DNA of 64,000 nucleotides from Octopus sinensis (taxonomy: Eukaryota). The stretch spans positions 2,418,001-2,482,000 of the forward strand of contig NC_043015.1 of assembly GCF_006345805.1 (NCBI RefSeq), written 5' to 3'. Positions 28,310-41,019 of this stretch are shown piece by piece (position 1 is the first letter of the stretch; the number at the start of each line of letters is the position of its first letter). Made by a program: the position numbers and the translations under genes. The notes under the pieces were generated by a model. It had not been told where the DNA came from. It searched no databases and saw only the letters and a list, made by a program, of their open reading frames with translations.

Positions 28310-29045
28310 TTAATGCTGGTGCACCACCCGTAGTTACTCGTTGTTTTGGGTGAAGTAGCGAGTTAGACGTGGCTGCACTTCTTACCTTGCCACGATATTG
28401 GTTCACCTGATATCTCCGATAGAAACCCATCCAGAACCTTCCTTGAAAACGTCTACATCGATGCCCTGTAGATCTCTAAGTTAGCCTGGCAGGATGTTGA
28501 ACAATTGCGGGTCCTTCAATCACAGACTATTGCAGGAGTGTGTTCTTATTTTACATGGGGAAGAAATGATCATTGGTATGATGCAGGGCCGTCCATTTCG
28601 AGCATTTCTATAGCTGTCAATTCCAAAATTGGTAGCTATATTCTCCAAGATCTTCCAAATATATATTACCGCATGTCTGCCTCATCTTCTCTCCAGGGAA
28701 TAGCGTCTGCTAATTGCCTATCTTTTACCTCGAGTCAGTATTCTTTGTCTATTGACGCTGGATTGCTTCGAGTTCCAAAGTTTGTTTCATATTATCTGGG
28801 GTCAATAGTTGGGAGCAGGAGTGCAAGATGTTGAGAACGAAAGTCGTTCAGAGGATTACCATGGTTTCCCTTTTCCTGGTTCTGAATATCCTCAAAATCC
28901 ACCCAGCGAATTCCCTGCACAGTGTGTCCATCTCGGTAATATGCACATGGAATGTTGCATCATTCCTCATGTGAACCTCCAGGTCACGCACCGACTCGGG
29001 AATGTATCACCTTCTGGTCCAGTGTATTCCGATTTTATTACATTC
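28310..29045 (-). mobile_element. 3' fragment of a CR1/L2-group LINE (post-RT region)
   Basis: Minus translation SVRDLEVHMRND..FHVHI..GWILRIFRTR..CSQLLTP..LEAIQRQ..YSLERR..QLFNILP..LRDL, typical of CR1/L2 ORF2 C-terminus; disrupted. Confidence 0.75.
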
Positions 29046-30140
29046 ATGAATTTTGGACGCAACACCAATCTCAGGTTTCGGAAATACTCCATCCTCAGTT
29101 GACCTTTCATTTCCTATTCCATTATGTCGTTTTATTATGCCTCCGACTGAATGTGTTTCATCAAGTCTCTCTTCGGTAATTCTATCGCTTTTAAGGGACT
29201 GTACCTTGCCAATTTTTAGGTAAATTATTCCGCATTCTTGAGTGCAAATTCCATTCGAATATCAGTTAAAAAAACAGTGGACCGTGTTCAACAAGGAACT
29301 CACTTTGGTCACATCTCGGCCATACAGTGTTAAATCATCCATGAATAGGCAGTGGTTGGGTGTTTGGGAGTTTTTGTTTTGTTGGTACCTCAGATTCATT
29401 TTCATAGTTCCCAAAAACAAGGGTATCATGAAGAGAACAAGAAGCAATGTAGAAAGGCAATCACCCCGGAAGATTCCTTTTCTAATGCCCAGAGTACCGA
29501 AGCTTTTCTCGTAAAATAACAGTTCTGTTTTCCATCCCAACCTATTTCCCGTCAGGAAACACGTTACATTCTTCCATTCCTCGTAATTCCAAGAAGATCT
29601 AAGCACTCTATGATCCACGAATGTAAAATTATATCATTAGCTTTCCAGGCCATTCTTAGATTTGTTCTCCTTCGTTTACAATTTGCATGGCCATTTGTTC
29701 TGCCAATATTTGTCATTTGGTACCTCTGCCTCTCTTTCTACAGATTTTTTATTCCGTTGGTAATAAATCGTTCTGATTAAGAAGCTTAACCATTTTTTCT
29801 GCAATTCCTCCTGACAGTAACTTTCACGTTAATGGGATGCAGGAAAATGGTCTGTAATTGTCAGCATCATTCACTTCGATGCATCCTTCAGGCACAACAA
29901 CGTTCGTCCTCTTGTCAGACTGACATTACTTCTCCATTGAATAAGGCATAAAGTTCCTCTACGTTCAATCTATGTCAACTACTGAAATTTTTCTATCCAA
30001 AAATCCTTGTACAACATCAGGTCCTGCTGATTTCCAGTTGCTTATTCCTTTACTCATATTTCAGATATTGTCTTCTGTGACCGCCGAGAGAAGATACTTA
30101 CTGCAACGTTCCTCACTGCACACCTGTGAATTTCAGATTC
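29046..30140 (-). mobile_element. Reverse transcriptase fragment of an R4/Dong-clade non-LTR retrotransposon
   Basis: Minus translation NWKSAGPDVVQGF, NYRPFSCIPL, RGTK, GIRKGIFRGDCLSTLL, NHCLFMDDLTLYG (FMDD), EYFRNLRLVL. Confidence 0.85.
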
Positions 30141-30276
30141 AACCAAAGAAGGAAGGAGAAGAGTTTTCACTTAATCTGTGTCTTACGAAAATCTAGCTTA
30201 CTGTTTGAATTAGTCTGTGAAAGTGTGATTTCCGCTGAAGAATTTTACGATGTCAACAAGTAATCTTCAAATGACG

Positions 30277-30604
30277 CTTTGGGAACCAGACTAAAATTGC
30301 TGCAGCTCGGTTGGGATGCGTTACTCAACCCTCCATATTCACCAGATATTGCTCCTTCGGGTTTCCACTTATTCAGAATGGTAATTTCAATTCGTTGGGT
30401 GACATAAAATGATACCTTGATGAATTATTTGCCATGAAACCACCTCGAATCTGGGAAGAGGGTATTTTCAAGTTAAAGGACAGATGGAAACGCATTGTGG
30501 AACCAAATGGTTCATATTTGGTTGATTAAATATGTAATGGCAAGTGTTTATTGACGTTTTTCTTTCCTTTAAAAATCAGCTCTAACTTTCCGATCAAACC
30601 AGTA
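30277..30604 (+). mobile_element. Mariner 3' fragment with right TIR
   Basis: Encodes PPYSPDIAPS.FHLFR and FKLKDRWKRIVEPNGSY; ends aactttccgatcaaaccagTA; homologous to 36998-37343. Confidence 0.9.
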
Positions 30605-30619
30605 TTCTGCCAGAAATAA

Positions 30620-30835
30620 AGGCGGTGGGCTGGCAGAAGTGTTAATACGCTAAGCATAATGCTAACAAGTATTTCGTCCGTCTTCATATTCTGAGTTGTA
30701 ATTCCACTGAAGTCGGCTTTACCTTTTATTCTCCCAACGTCGATAAAATTAGTACCATTTGAGCCATGGGTTTTGAGTAATCAACCTATCTTTACTTCAA
30801 ACCCACTCTCCTTTTGCTATATTTTGGAATCAATA
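30620..30835 (+). mobile_element. Diverged SINE family B (single body unit)
   Basis: aggcggtgggctggcagaa..gtatttcgtccgtc..ttctgagtt..gtcgataaaattagtacca. Confidence 0.8.
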
Positions 30836-31959
30836 TTTTGCGCGAAAGACTGTCACGTGTTTGACTTAAGTGTTTTAACAATAATTATTGACATCACAAA
30901 TCCTATATTTTAGTTCTTGTAAAATACGATGAAAAGTCTTATGAAATTTCTAAGTATTGATTGAAAATAAGATTAGGATGAAAGGAAGCTGAAGTAAAAT
31001 TAGAAAAAATATATTGCTATCATTTTACATAAAAAAAACATCATTCAACATCAAAACCTAAGTTAATACGGAATAACAATTTCAGCAATATGTGAAATGA
31101 AAGACGTGCTCTACAAGATAGCTGTTATATGAAACAGGCTGATGATTTGACGAAATGTTTTACTTGATATCAAAAGGAATCGTGGTATTTATTTCCATAT
31201 GAATGAAAGAAATCCATGTTTTAAAGCAATGGAAACATTGAAAATACATGGTGTTCGGCTAGATGAACGGGTTGTAGAGCTGAACAGAACAAATTTTCAA
31301 CTTAGAACACAGAGCCGAACAAAAAAGCCACGCATTTTACCGATACTTTTATGATGCTGCCTAAACATTGGCTTCTGTCAGACGAGAAATACACACAAAA
31401 ATGTAAGAAATAGTGAAGAACATATATATGTATTTTTGTTCCACCACTGTAAAACAGTGGTATATTTATAAATTCTAAAAAGTACTTCACCTTCAAATCT
31501 TTTGAGTTCTCATTTAAATTCATGCAACATCTAATAATTAAAGCTGGAAATATATTTTGAGGAAAAGAATTGCTATAAATGATTTTCCTATGGCAGATTA
31601 CAGCAAGGCAAAGCCTTCCATGGTAAAGCGATTTTTGTTGATTTAGCTGATGATAATTCTTGCATATGAACACGAATGTGTCCCTAGAGAAAATTGACCG
31701 TATCCTTAATTTACAAATCTTGTTCTGTAGTCAATATACATCAATATGAAAGGTATTTATACTTAAACAATTAAAAGCGATCGACCCATTATTTATAATT
31801 GGAGATTTCGCATTTGGAATTGACAATTTCCTTTCCAATAATATTATATTTTCCAATCAATTATGAGAAGATAATACATCAAAATTAGGAAATTATACAT
31901 TTTGTATCGAAGAATTTCAATTATCATAAAAATCTTTGTGCGAATAACATATATATGTG

Positions 31960-32018
<59 letters not shown>

Positions 32019-32262
32019 ATATATATAAACCTCATACGCTATTCATGAGATTCAAGCGTACAATATGTTACAATACAAGATTAAATTGATTCAAATTATT
32101 TTCAGATACACACACACAAACACACAAACACACACACACACATACACACACACAAGCACGCACATATGTATGTATTGCCTGCTTATATTACTTTCAGCTT
32201 TCTGCATATCTAATTGGCAATAAAATATATAATCTCGTTACCTAATAGATACTTAAATTATA

Positions 32263-32345
<83 letters not shown>

Positions 32346-33154
32346 TGTGTGTGTGTGTGTGTGGTGTGTGTGTGTATGCATATATGTATGTACGTATATT
32401 TAGAAATAATATTATAATAGCGAAAAGTACATGTATAGAATCTAGTTTAATATGTTTTTTTTTATACATAATGTCCCCAGTGATGTATTCAACTCTCTGA
32501 AATGTTGCATTATATATTTTTCAAACACATTACGTTTTTAAATAAGTGGAGAAATGAAATCAATTTAAACCATAGAGTAAATGTTGAATCGTAGTAAACA
32601 CTGAAACTATTATTATCAAATACAAAAAATCCAGACAACATGAAACTGTGCTTTGTCGAAATCTATCAATTTGCCACAAGATATGAAATACATATAGTTT
32701 GTCTTTCAGTCGTAACTTAACAAACGAAAGTTTACAAAAATGGTAATTTATTGAACGCACAATGCCACACATGTATTTAATTTGACGGTATGCATTTCCT
32801 TGATTTTATAGTTGATATATATCGACACATTATCATTGAGACACAATGTAGTCAATGCGTCCTGGACGTGATTGTTCCTTTATTTTAGGCGTAGTTTTCG
32901 GCGAGATTACAGTAACCGAATGGCTTTGAATTTCTGCTTTTAAATAGAACAGCAAAATGCACAATTTTGTAGCGTACCTGAATTATAAAACAATTATTAT
33001 AGTGCATCTGTGGCGGTCAGCAATCATGTACGTAGACTTCTTTCACAATGTCGCATTTGTCATTTGTTTCACTGTTCAACACTGTGATATTCACACAAAT
33101 TGGTTGATTACTAGAAGAATATATTTGATGTATCAATAAATTGTGCGTCTCATG

Positions 33155-33160
33155 TATATA

Positions 33161-33204
<44 letters not shown>

Positions 33205-33325
33205 ATATATATATATATATACATATATACATATATACATATATGTATATGTGCATATATGCATATGTATGTCTATATGTGTATGTATGTTTGTATGTAT
33301 ATATGCATATATACAAACATACATA

Positions 33326-33356
<31 letters not shown>

Positions 33357-33475
33357 AACATATATATATATATATACATACATATATACATATATACATA
33401 TATGTATATGTGCATATATGCATATGTATGTCTATATGTGTATGTATGTTTGTATGTATATGTCCATATATACAA

Positions 33476-33549
<74 letters not shown>

Positions 33550-33550
33550 A
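33155..33550. repeat. Microsatellite-derived ~160-bp unit duplicated in tandem
   Basis: gtgcatatatgcatatgtatgtctatatgtgtatgtatgtttgtatg..tacaaacatac at ~33251 and ~33410. Confidence 0.9.
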
Positions 33551-33920
33551 GTGTAGCGAACTGCAGCTACCAAGTGTATTTTAATCGAAATAATCAAAAT
33601 AGGGATTAAAAAAAAACAGGTAGCTTTTGATAAGTCCCCTGACGAGATAAATCTGCCCCGATGATGCATCCCAATTAATCGTATAGTATCTCACCAGCGA
33701 GGTACCGGTGCACGTTGAGTCGAAAAGATCGTGTCTCCTATTTTCCTCTGTAAAATTTTACACATTGTACAAACAGGCATGAGTTTCTGAAGTAAATCCA
33801 GCTATATCTGCATTGATACTGTAGAGGATATCAGGTAGATGAATTCAGTGAACGGTACATGGTATACTACAAGTCGTATACACAAATTTAAGATTATTAT
33901 GCGGTACCTTAGTCTCTCCT

Positions 33921-34250
33921 ATAGTTTAGGGACGACCAAACCATTGTGAGTGGATTTGGTAGACGGAATCTGAAAGAAACCTGTCGTATGCATACATACA
34001 TACAATCAAACACACATGTGTGTGTGTATGTGTGTGTGTGTTCGTGTCGGTCTTTGTCCCCCACCACTGCTTGACAAATGGTGTTGGGACGTTAACGTTC
34101 CCGTAACATAGCGTTTTCGTCAAAAGTAACCGATAAAATAAGTTGTACGCTTTACACAAAATGAGTCTTGGGGTGGATTTGTCCGACTAAAACCTTTCGA
34201 GGCGGTGCCCCAAAATTGTAGCAGGGAGATAACTGAAACAAGTAAAAGAT
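33921..34250 (+). mobile_element. 5'-truncated SINE family A
   Basis: cgaccaaa..ttgtgagtggatttggtagacggaa..ctgaaacaagtaaaaga. Confidence 0.9.
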
Positions 34251-35281
34251 GTAGATATGTATGTATGTGTGTGTGTGTTTGTGAGAGAGAGAGACAGAGA
34301 GAGCGTGTGTGCTTATGCATGACCATATTTTTTTTTTCTGTTTTTATTACTGAAGAAGCGGTCATATGTATAACTCACACTGCCATAAACTTCGTTGCAC
34401 AATTCTGCTTATGCTTCAGTGTCTTCAAAGTAGTTGTAAAGCGGACATAAAGTTTGTTAATTTACTTTATTCTAGTTTAGCCGTGGTCAGGGAGGAATAG
34501 CAAGATTTACAATTATGTCTTCCGAAAGTGATAGTATACCTGGTACAATATACTGACGTCTGACTCACTATTTCATTTAGATAGCTGGCCCAGAGGTAGA
34601 TTCTCTCATTGCCTAGTATATTAATTCTGAAGTATTGATGTACATTATATTCAAACAGACGAACTGTATGTTTGGCATTCAATGAAATTTGACCATTAGT
34701 ATTATATTTTGCCGTAGAAGATTATCATTAGTTTTAAAGTGCAACATTTTGTTTTGTTCTATATATAGGTAAACTAAATATCGATTTTTTATTCGTAACA
34801 TAAATATTTATATTGACGCTAAATGCGACATTTCAGGTAATTAGTCATCGTAAAGTTTAATTTAACAAATACCAATATAATCCATATGGGAATAAAAAGC
34901 AACAAAAAATTGATTTCTTTTCTTTTCTTTTTTTATTAATTTTTCCTACGACTACGGAAAAAAGTTCAATATTAAATGGAAAGACCAACCTATTACTTGT
35001 GTTGTATAGGAGTTCATTGATATTAATAGGTTTAATGAGAATATACCGTTATTCATAGCTTTACTGTTTTGCAATTATTGATGTAGCAATGCTCCCAGTA
35101 GGACATTATTATTTTACGTAATATTTATTCAAATGGACTGACAAATGATTAGTATGTGTAATATATCAAACCGCAGCAATGTATACGATCAGAGCTTAAA
35201 ATGATTCTGTGATGATTAATTTAACTGTCCCGGAAGTAAAAGAAAAGTGAGCATATTTATTTTATTATTAACAGCGTACTT

Positions 35282-35868
35282 AAGACGGCGAGCTGGCAGA
35301 AACGTTAGCACGCCGGGCAACATGCGCAGCCGTATTTCGTCTGCCGTTACGTTCTGAGTTCAAATTCCCTCGATGTCGACTTTGGCTTTCATTCTTTCGG
35401 AGTCGATTAATTAAGTACCAGTTACGCACTGGAGTCGATATAATCGACTTAATCCGTCTGTCTCTCCTTGTTTGTCCCCTCTGTGTTTAACCCCTTGTGG
35501 GTAGTAAAAAAAATAAGTATTTCGGCTGCCGCTACGTTCTGAGTTCAAATTACGCCGACGTCGACTTTGTCTTTCATCCTTTCGGGGTCGATTAAATAAG
35601 TATCAGTTACGCACTGGATCGATGTAATCAACTTAATCCGTTAGTCTGTCCTTGTTTGTCCTTTCTGTGTTTCGCCCCTTGTGGGTAGTAAAGAAATAGG
35701 TATATCTTCTGTCGCTACGTTCTGAGTTCAAATTCTACCGTGGTCGACTTTACCCTTTATTCTTTCAGGGTCGATAAATAAGCTGCCAGCGAAATTCTGG
35801 CGTCCAGGTAATCGACTAGTCACCTTCCCGCAAACGTTCAGGCCTGGTGCCTATAACAGAAAGATTAT
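35282..35868 (+). mobile_element. SINE family B with three tandem body units
   Basis: Head ggcgagctggcagaaacgttagcacgccggg; units start at ~35332, ~35517 and ~35700. Confidence 0.95.
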
Positions 35869-36145
35869 CAACATTTTACTTGAGAAAATTAATTTGCTTC
35901 TATGGAAATTCTCTTTTCGTTATATTTACAGCAACAAAAGGACAAGTACCAAGATCATGGAACTCTCACTCATTCAGATTTTAAGACATCAGTTTTATTT
36001 GTTTAGATATGAACAAGTAGTAAATGCCATGTGCAAAGACAAATAGTAGAAAGTAAGAAGTTACAAATGCTGCAAAAGTATGCGGAAGGAGAGTATCCTA
36101 AGTGACGAAAGTTTTCTCACAGATTAAATTTGTAAATTTACAATA

Positions 36146-36275
36146 TTTACATTATTTACATTCGACGGATTTGTTCTCATTTTGTTTGCTGTGAACACAA
36201 CGTTTCGGCTGATATACTCTCCAGACTTCATCAGGCGTCTTCGATCCTGGCTGCTCCTTCCTAAGGTATTTTTGA

Positions 36276-36325
<50 letters not shown>

Positions 36326-36388
36326 TCACTGTCTAGAATCGAATACGGTATCTTGGAGTTAGTAGCCAACACTCTTTATCACTATGCC
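36146..36388 (-). mobile_element. tRNA-headed short element with (AAT)n linker and 3' hammerhead motif
   Basis: Minus strand ggcatagtgataaagagtgttggctactaactccaagataccgtattcgattctagacagtgacc (tRNA-like), then (AAT)n, then CTGATGA..GAAACGTT. Confidence 0.7.
36194..36239 (-). ncRNA. Minimal type I hammerhead ribozyme motif
   Basis: gacgc-CTGATGA-a-gtctgg(agagtata)tcagcc-GAAA-cgtt-gtgtt; palindromic ACGT stem III, GUU site, one stem II mismatch. Confidence 0.7.
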
Positions 36389-36438
36389 TAGTGTTCTTAA
36401 TCCCAAGATTCCCAGTTCGATTCCAGGCAGTGGCATGC

Positions 36439-36549
<111 letters not shown>

Positions 36550-36997
36550 CGCAATATCTTTTTAATTACGAAATATATTTCATTAATTGAAAATAAAATA
36601 TATGTACTATATTCCCTGCTCATTTATACGTTAAAGAATAATTTCTTTTATATTCTTGTATGTCAGCAGAGCTTTCATCTACTTTCGAAGTCAGCAAATT
36701 TCATATCCCGGCTGTATATATCACGTGCTTTTCATTTTATCTGCGAGAAACATTTAGATTAGCTAAACTAACAAGTCTGAATTTAGAGGCGGGTATGCCA
36801 TTTTGTTGGATTCCTAATTTTTAGAAAGAAAGAAAGTATGAAATAATTTGATATCTGGACATATTTGCATTCCAAATACACTAACATTTAATTGGCATTA
36901 ACTAAAATGGTCATAAAGTTTCGGATGAGAGTGCACACGAAAATAAATATAACAGCAACAACAACTGCGTTCGTATTCGAATATGTAACGAATGATG

Positions 36998-37450
36998 TAT
37001 TGGGTTGTCCGGAAAGTTCGTGCCGATTTTTAAAGGAAAAAAAGGGCAATAAATACTTGCCATTATATTTTTAATCAACTAAATTTGAACCATTTGTTTG
37101 CACAATGCGTCTCCAACTCTCCTTTAACATGAAAATACCCTCTTCCCAGAATTAAGGTGGTTTCATGGCAAATAATTCATCGAGGTATTATTTTATGTCA
37201 TCTAAGGAATTGAAATTTTTACCATTAAGACTAATCTGCAGAGACCTAAATAAGTGGAAATCCGAAGGAGCAATATCTGGTGAAAAGGAATGGTGGGGTA
37301 ACACACCCCAGTGGAGCTGCAGTAATTGTTGTCTGGTTCCCAAATCATTAAGTGCCGAAAATGAAATTTGTTATCTTCTAATTCTAGTTACAGAATTAAC
37401 ACAAGTTATAGGAACATAAATCTTCTTTCACGAAATGATAGCTTAAACAG
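36998..37450 (-). mobile_element. Internally deleted mariner element
   Basis: TIR TAttgggttgtccggaaagttcgtgccgattt; minus strand SPDIAPSDFHLFRSLQ; N-terminal EDNKFHFRHLM joined directly to the C-terminal part at ~37344. Confidence 0.9.
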
Positions 37451-37644
37451 TTGAATAACCGAGGATAAACCCCAAAATAATGTCTCTGCTGTCCCAATGT
37501 GTACTCATTATTTGAATGATGGTGATATATGTTAACATGAAAGTTATACAATGTTTAACGAATGGCGTGATCAGAGGTTCTGTGAACACATACAAGCATG
37601 CACACACATACATATACATATATATGCTGGTTATATATATATAT

Positions 37645-37675
<31 letters not shown>

Positions 37676-37690
37676 GTATATATTATATGT

Positions 37691-37766
<76 letters not shown>

Positions 37767-38479
37767 TGTGTGCGGGTATACACTCATAACCACACCTATT
37801 TGTGCAAATAGGGAGGGGATGGTACAGAAAAAGACATATAGAGATAGTGAGAGATATGCTTTTTTAATGGATATATCATTGCACTGATAGCTTAATGGAA
37901 ACCAACAAGATAGTTGTTCCTTTCTTAACAGGTAAAACTACAGGTTTAAAAGTACGTGTGACCAGCGATACCACTCATAACTGACATGTCATTTTTATGA
38001 ATACCTACATTATGTATCTTATGCATTATCGAGTAAATATTAGACGTAATTGTTCTGTGTGAATTCTCTCTGAAAACATGAAGTTAACTTTTGCTTAGAG
38101 CACCTACAATCAGAAAGTCGAAGATAATATGCTTTGTCTAATACCCTAATAGTTTCTATTCTCCTTGAATGTTCATGTATCATTTATGTATCATCTACAA
38201 TTTGCATTACGTTAGGTTGGGATTCATACGTGTCTTCTTGTGTATTGGGGACATATATGTGACTTCGTATCTTCTAATCTGCATGAGGTTAAAAGTTGAG
38301 AGCATTAGCACTTAACTGCATTATCGGAAAAATAGAAATTCAAGCCCTCAACGGCAATACATGGTACTGTATCAAAATGACGTATCAAAATGGTCGCCTG
38401 TATCATTAAGAAGAGATCTATATAACTAACCATCTGTCATCACCTTCGTTGCCTTCTCCCTTTTACTGCACCCCCCCCC

Positions 38480-38526
<47 letters not shown>

Positions 38527-39133
38527 GTAGAAATATGTTACAAAAAGAAAATATAAAATACACGTGGAAATGTAAGGGTAAAATACGAAAAATCAACGAA
38601 AATGCACATTGCAAATAAAAAATGCTTTTTATGACAGGTAACGACAAATATATACATTTAGATGGATTGAGATAGTCATAAGAGTCATTATTATGAGATG
38701 ATTATAAGATGATAATAAAGTAATATATATATATAAAGTAATATATATCATTTTTTAAGGAATAACAATCCCGGCATAACAGAGGTTCAAATTATTCTCA
38801 ATCAAAAAATATATTTTAATTTAGAGATAGTATAGCACTCTGTCCCACCAAATAAGAAGATTTTTTATTTTTATTTTAAATACATAAAAACCATGTTAGT
38901 TATATATAGTGTTCCAAATAAAATTTAATTTACAAATACTATTTTAATAATATATAAAAATGTGAATAAAAACGAAAGGAATACGAATAGAAGTAAATAC
39001 GAGTAAAAATAAAAATAACAATATAAAAATAAAGATAGCAAGGAAAATATACACGAATAAATGTTAATAAACATGGAGGCAATTACGAAGAGATAATTTG
39101 GAATAAAAGAGCTATAGTTCTAATACGAACTGC

Positions 39134-39450
39134 AAAATTTCATGTGATACTAATGGTAACTTTTTTTTTAAATTTCAAGTGATACGAATGGTAATTTAAA
39201 AAAAAAATTTAAGTGATACGAATGGTAGATTTTTTTTTCTAAATTTCAAGTGATACGAATGGTAACTTTTTTTAAAAATTTCAAGTGATTACGAATGGTA
39301 ACTATTTTTTAAAAATTCAAGTGATACGAATGGTAACTTTTTTTTTTATTTCAAGTGATACGAATGGTAACATTTATTTTAAATTTCAAGTGATACGAAT
39401 GGTAACTTTTATTTTGAATTTCAAGTGATACGAATGGTAACTCTTTATGT
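39134..39450. repeat. Minisatellite, ~8 copies of a ~38-40-bp unit
   Basis: aaatttcaagtgatacgaatggtaac(t)n repeated in tandem. Confidence 0.95.
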
Positions 39451-39712
39451 AAATCTACAAAGTAAAATAAAATAAAGAAAATATAATTTGATGGTAAATT
39501 AAGGAAGATATGCAATTCACCAATAAGTCCATTATACCTACAACGTCCTAGTTATGGCCTAACACTGTAAAATCCAGCGACGTACTCACACCCTATTAAA
39601 CTATTATTCAATTAACATACAGTCTAAATACTAAAACTTCAAAAATGCATGATGGGAATATTACTTTTTTTAATTCTTATAATCCCGATTTATTCAATAT
39701 CTGTATTTTCGT

Positions 39713-40005
39713 TCCCATCTCGTAAAGTATACTAGCCATCTCACTATGGCTAACCGCTAAGGGTGGGTGTTACTGTAGCTTTTAGCACCAGGAGATCATC
39801 GACTCCAGCTGGCTTTAGGCACACATTCTGTGCCTTTATGATATTTGCAAAGGGAGGTCATCCCTCTCTCGAGATTTATTATTGCGTTCCCATCTCCTTT
39901 TACCGAAACGTTAAATCCTTCATCTTTCCTTTCCTGACTCCATTAACACTATACTTGTTCCACATCCTCGCGTTGTGTTTTCTCTGACTGTTTCCATGTT
40001 TGGAT

Positions 40006-40010
<5 letters not shown>
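39713..40010 (+). mobile_element. Penelope-LTR-like fragment abutting (TA)n
   Basis: Homologous to 6022-6290; retains ccGAAACGTT (possible 3' half of an HHR) at ~39903. Confidence 0.45.
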
Positions 40011-40041
<31 letters not shown>

Positions 40042-40200
40042 AAATGGAAAGATGAATTTTCTTGTTACAGATTATTCAAAAGTTTAACCGATACCTGGGT
40101 AGCAGGTTTATCCATGGGCTCTTAAGGAGCGTCCTCGTTCGAATTGCTTTGCTGCGCCTCTGTTTTGTTTTGTTTTGTTCTGACAACGTAATTCCTGGTT

Positions 40201-40283
40201 TTTCCTGAAGAGAAAGCTGCAATATCGTATCCTTATTTAATCAGAATTTGGAAAATTGTGGCCTTTGAAACATGTGTAGAATG
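40201..40283 (+). ncRNA. Type I hammerhead ribozyme motif inside a ~300-bp island between (TA)n tracts
   Basis: ttc-CTGAAGA(40205-40211)-gaaagctgcaat..attgtggccttt-GAAA(40267-40270)-catgt-GTA-gaa; 12-position stem II with one mismatch. Confidence 0.7.
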
Positions 40284-40335
40284 TAATAAAAGAAATTCTG
40301 TACAATCTTCGTTCAACTCCATTTCTTCCATTCAC

Positions 40336-40392
<57 letters not shown>

Positions 40393-41019
40393 AATAACAG
40401 AATGCTGGATCGAAAAGTAAATGAATAGATATCATCATATACATAGGTAGTTACGCCGACGTAATTACATTCACTACATTATTAAAGATGTGTTGCTTTG
40501 TTTCACTCTGTGATGAAAACTGATCTATGAAAATTTCAAGAAAATATATTCTACCAACGTGATCGGTGTATAAGCACTTAATTTCAACAAGACTATCACA
40601 TTAAGAAAATATCAAAGATGTCACCTTAGCGAAACTAATAAGATATCGTATGATCTCTAGTAAAACATTGATGTATCGATTTACAGATACTGAAGTCTAT
40701 ATAATAACTATGATGTAAAGTTTTGTTATTTGATGAGTTGAAGAAAAATATTACTTTTTCAAAGATAAGAAACAAATTTTATGATTTCTACTACAGGCAG
40801 AAAGCCATAAATTTTCTATTCTGTGACGAGGTTTCTTGTCGACTGAGTTGTTCATGGTATATATCTGATATAGTTTTAATCAAATTCATATGTAACTCGG
40901 ATATAGTCGAAAATAAGTGGTATTTATTATTTTGTTCTATAAATTAAATACTGAAGTCATTTACTCCCAGCCTGAGTTTGGTATATTTCATATCGAAGCC
41001 GGAAGGATAAGCCAACCGG

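Noticed and set aside
36321-36388. Functional tRNA gene
   Set aside because: Acceptor and anticodon stems pair poorly and the boxes are mutated; treated as a tRNA-derived repeat head, as are the SINE A, B and C heads
39134-39450. CRISPR-like repeat-spacer appearance
   Set aside because: Spacers are short T/A homopolymers rather than unique sequence; eukaryotic context; no cas genes
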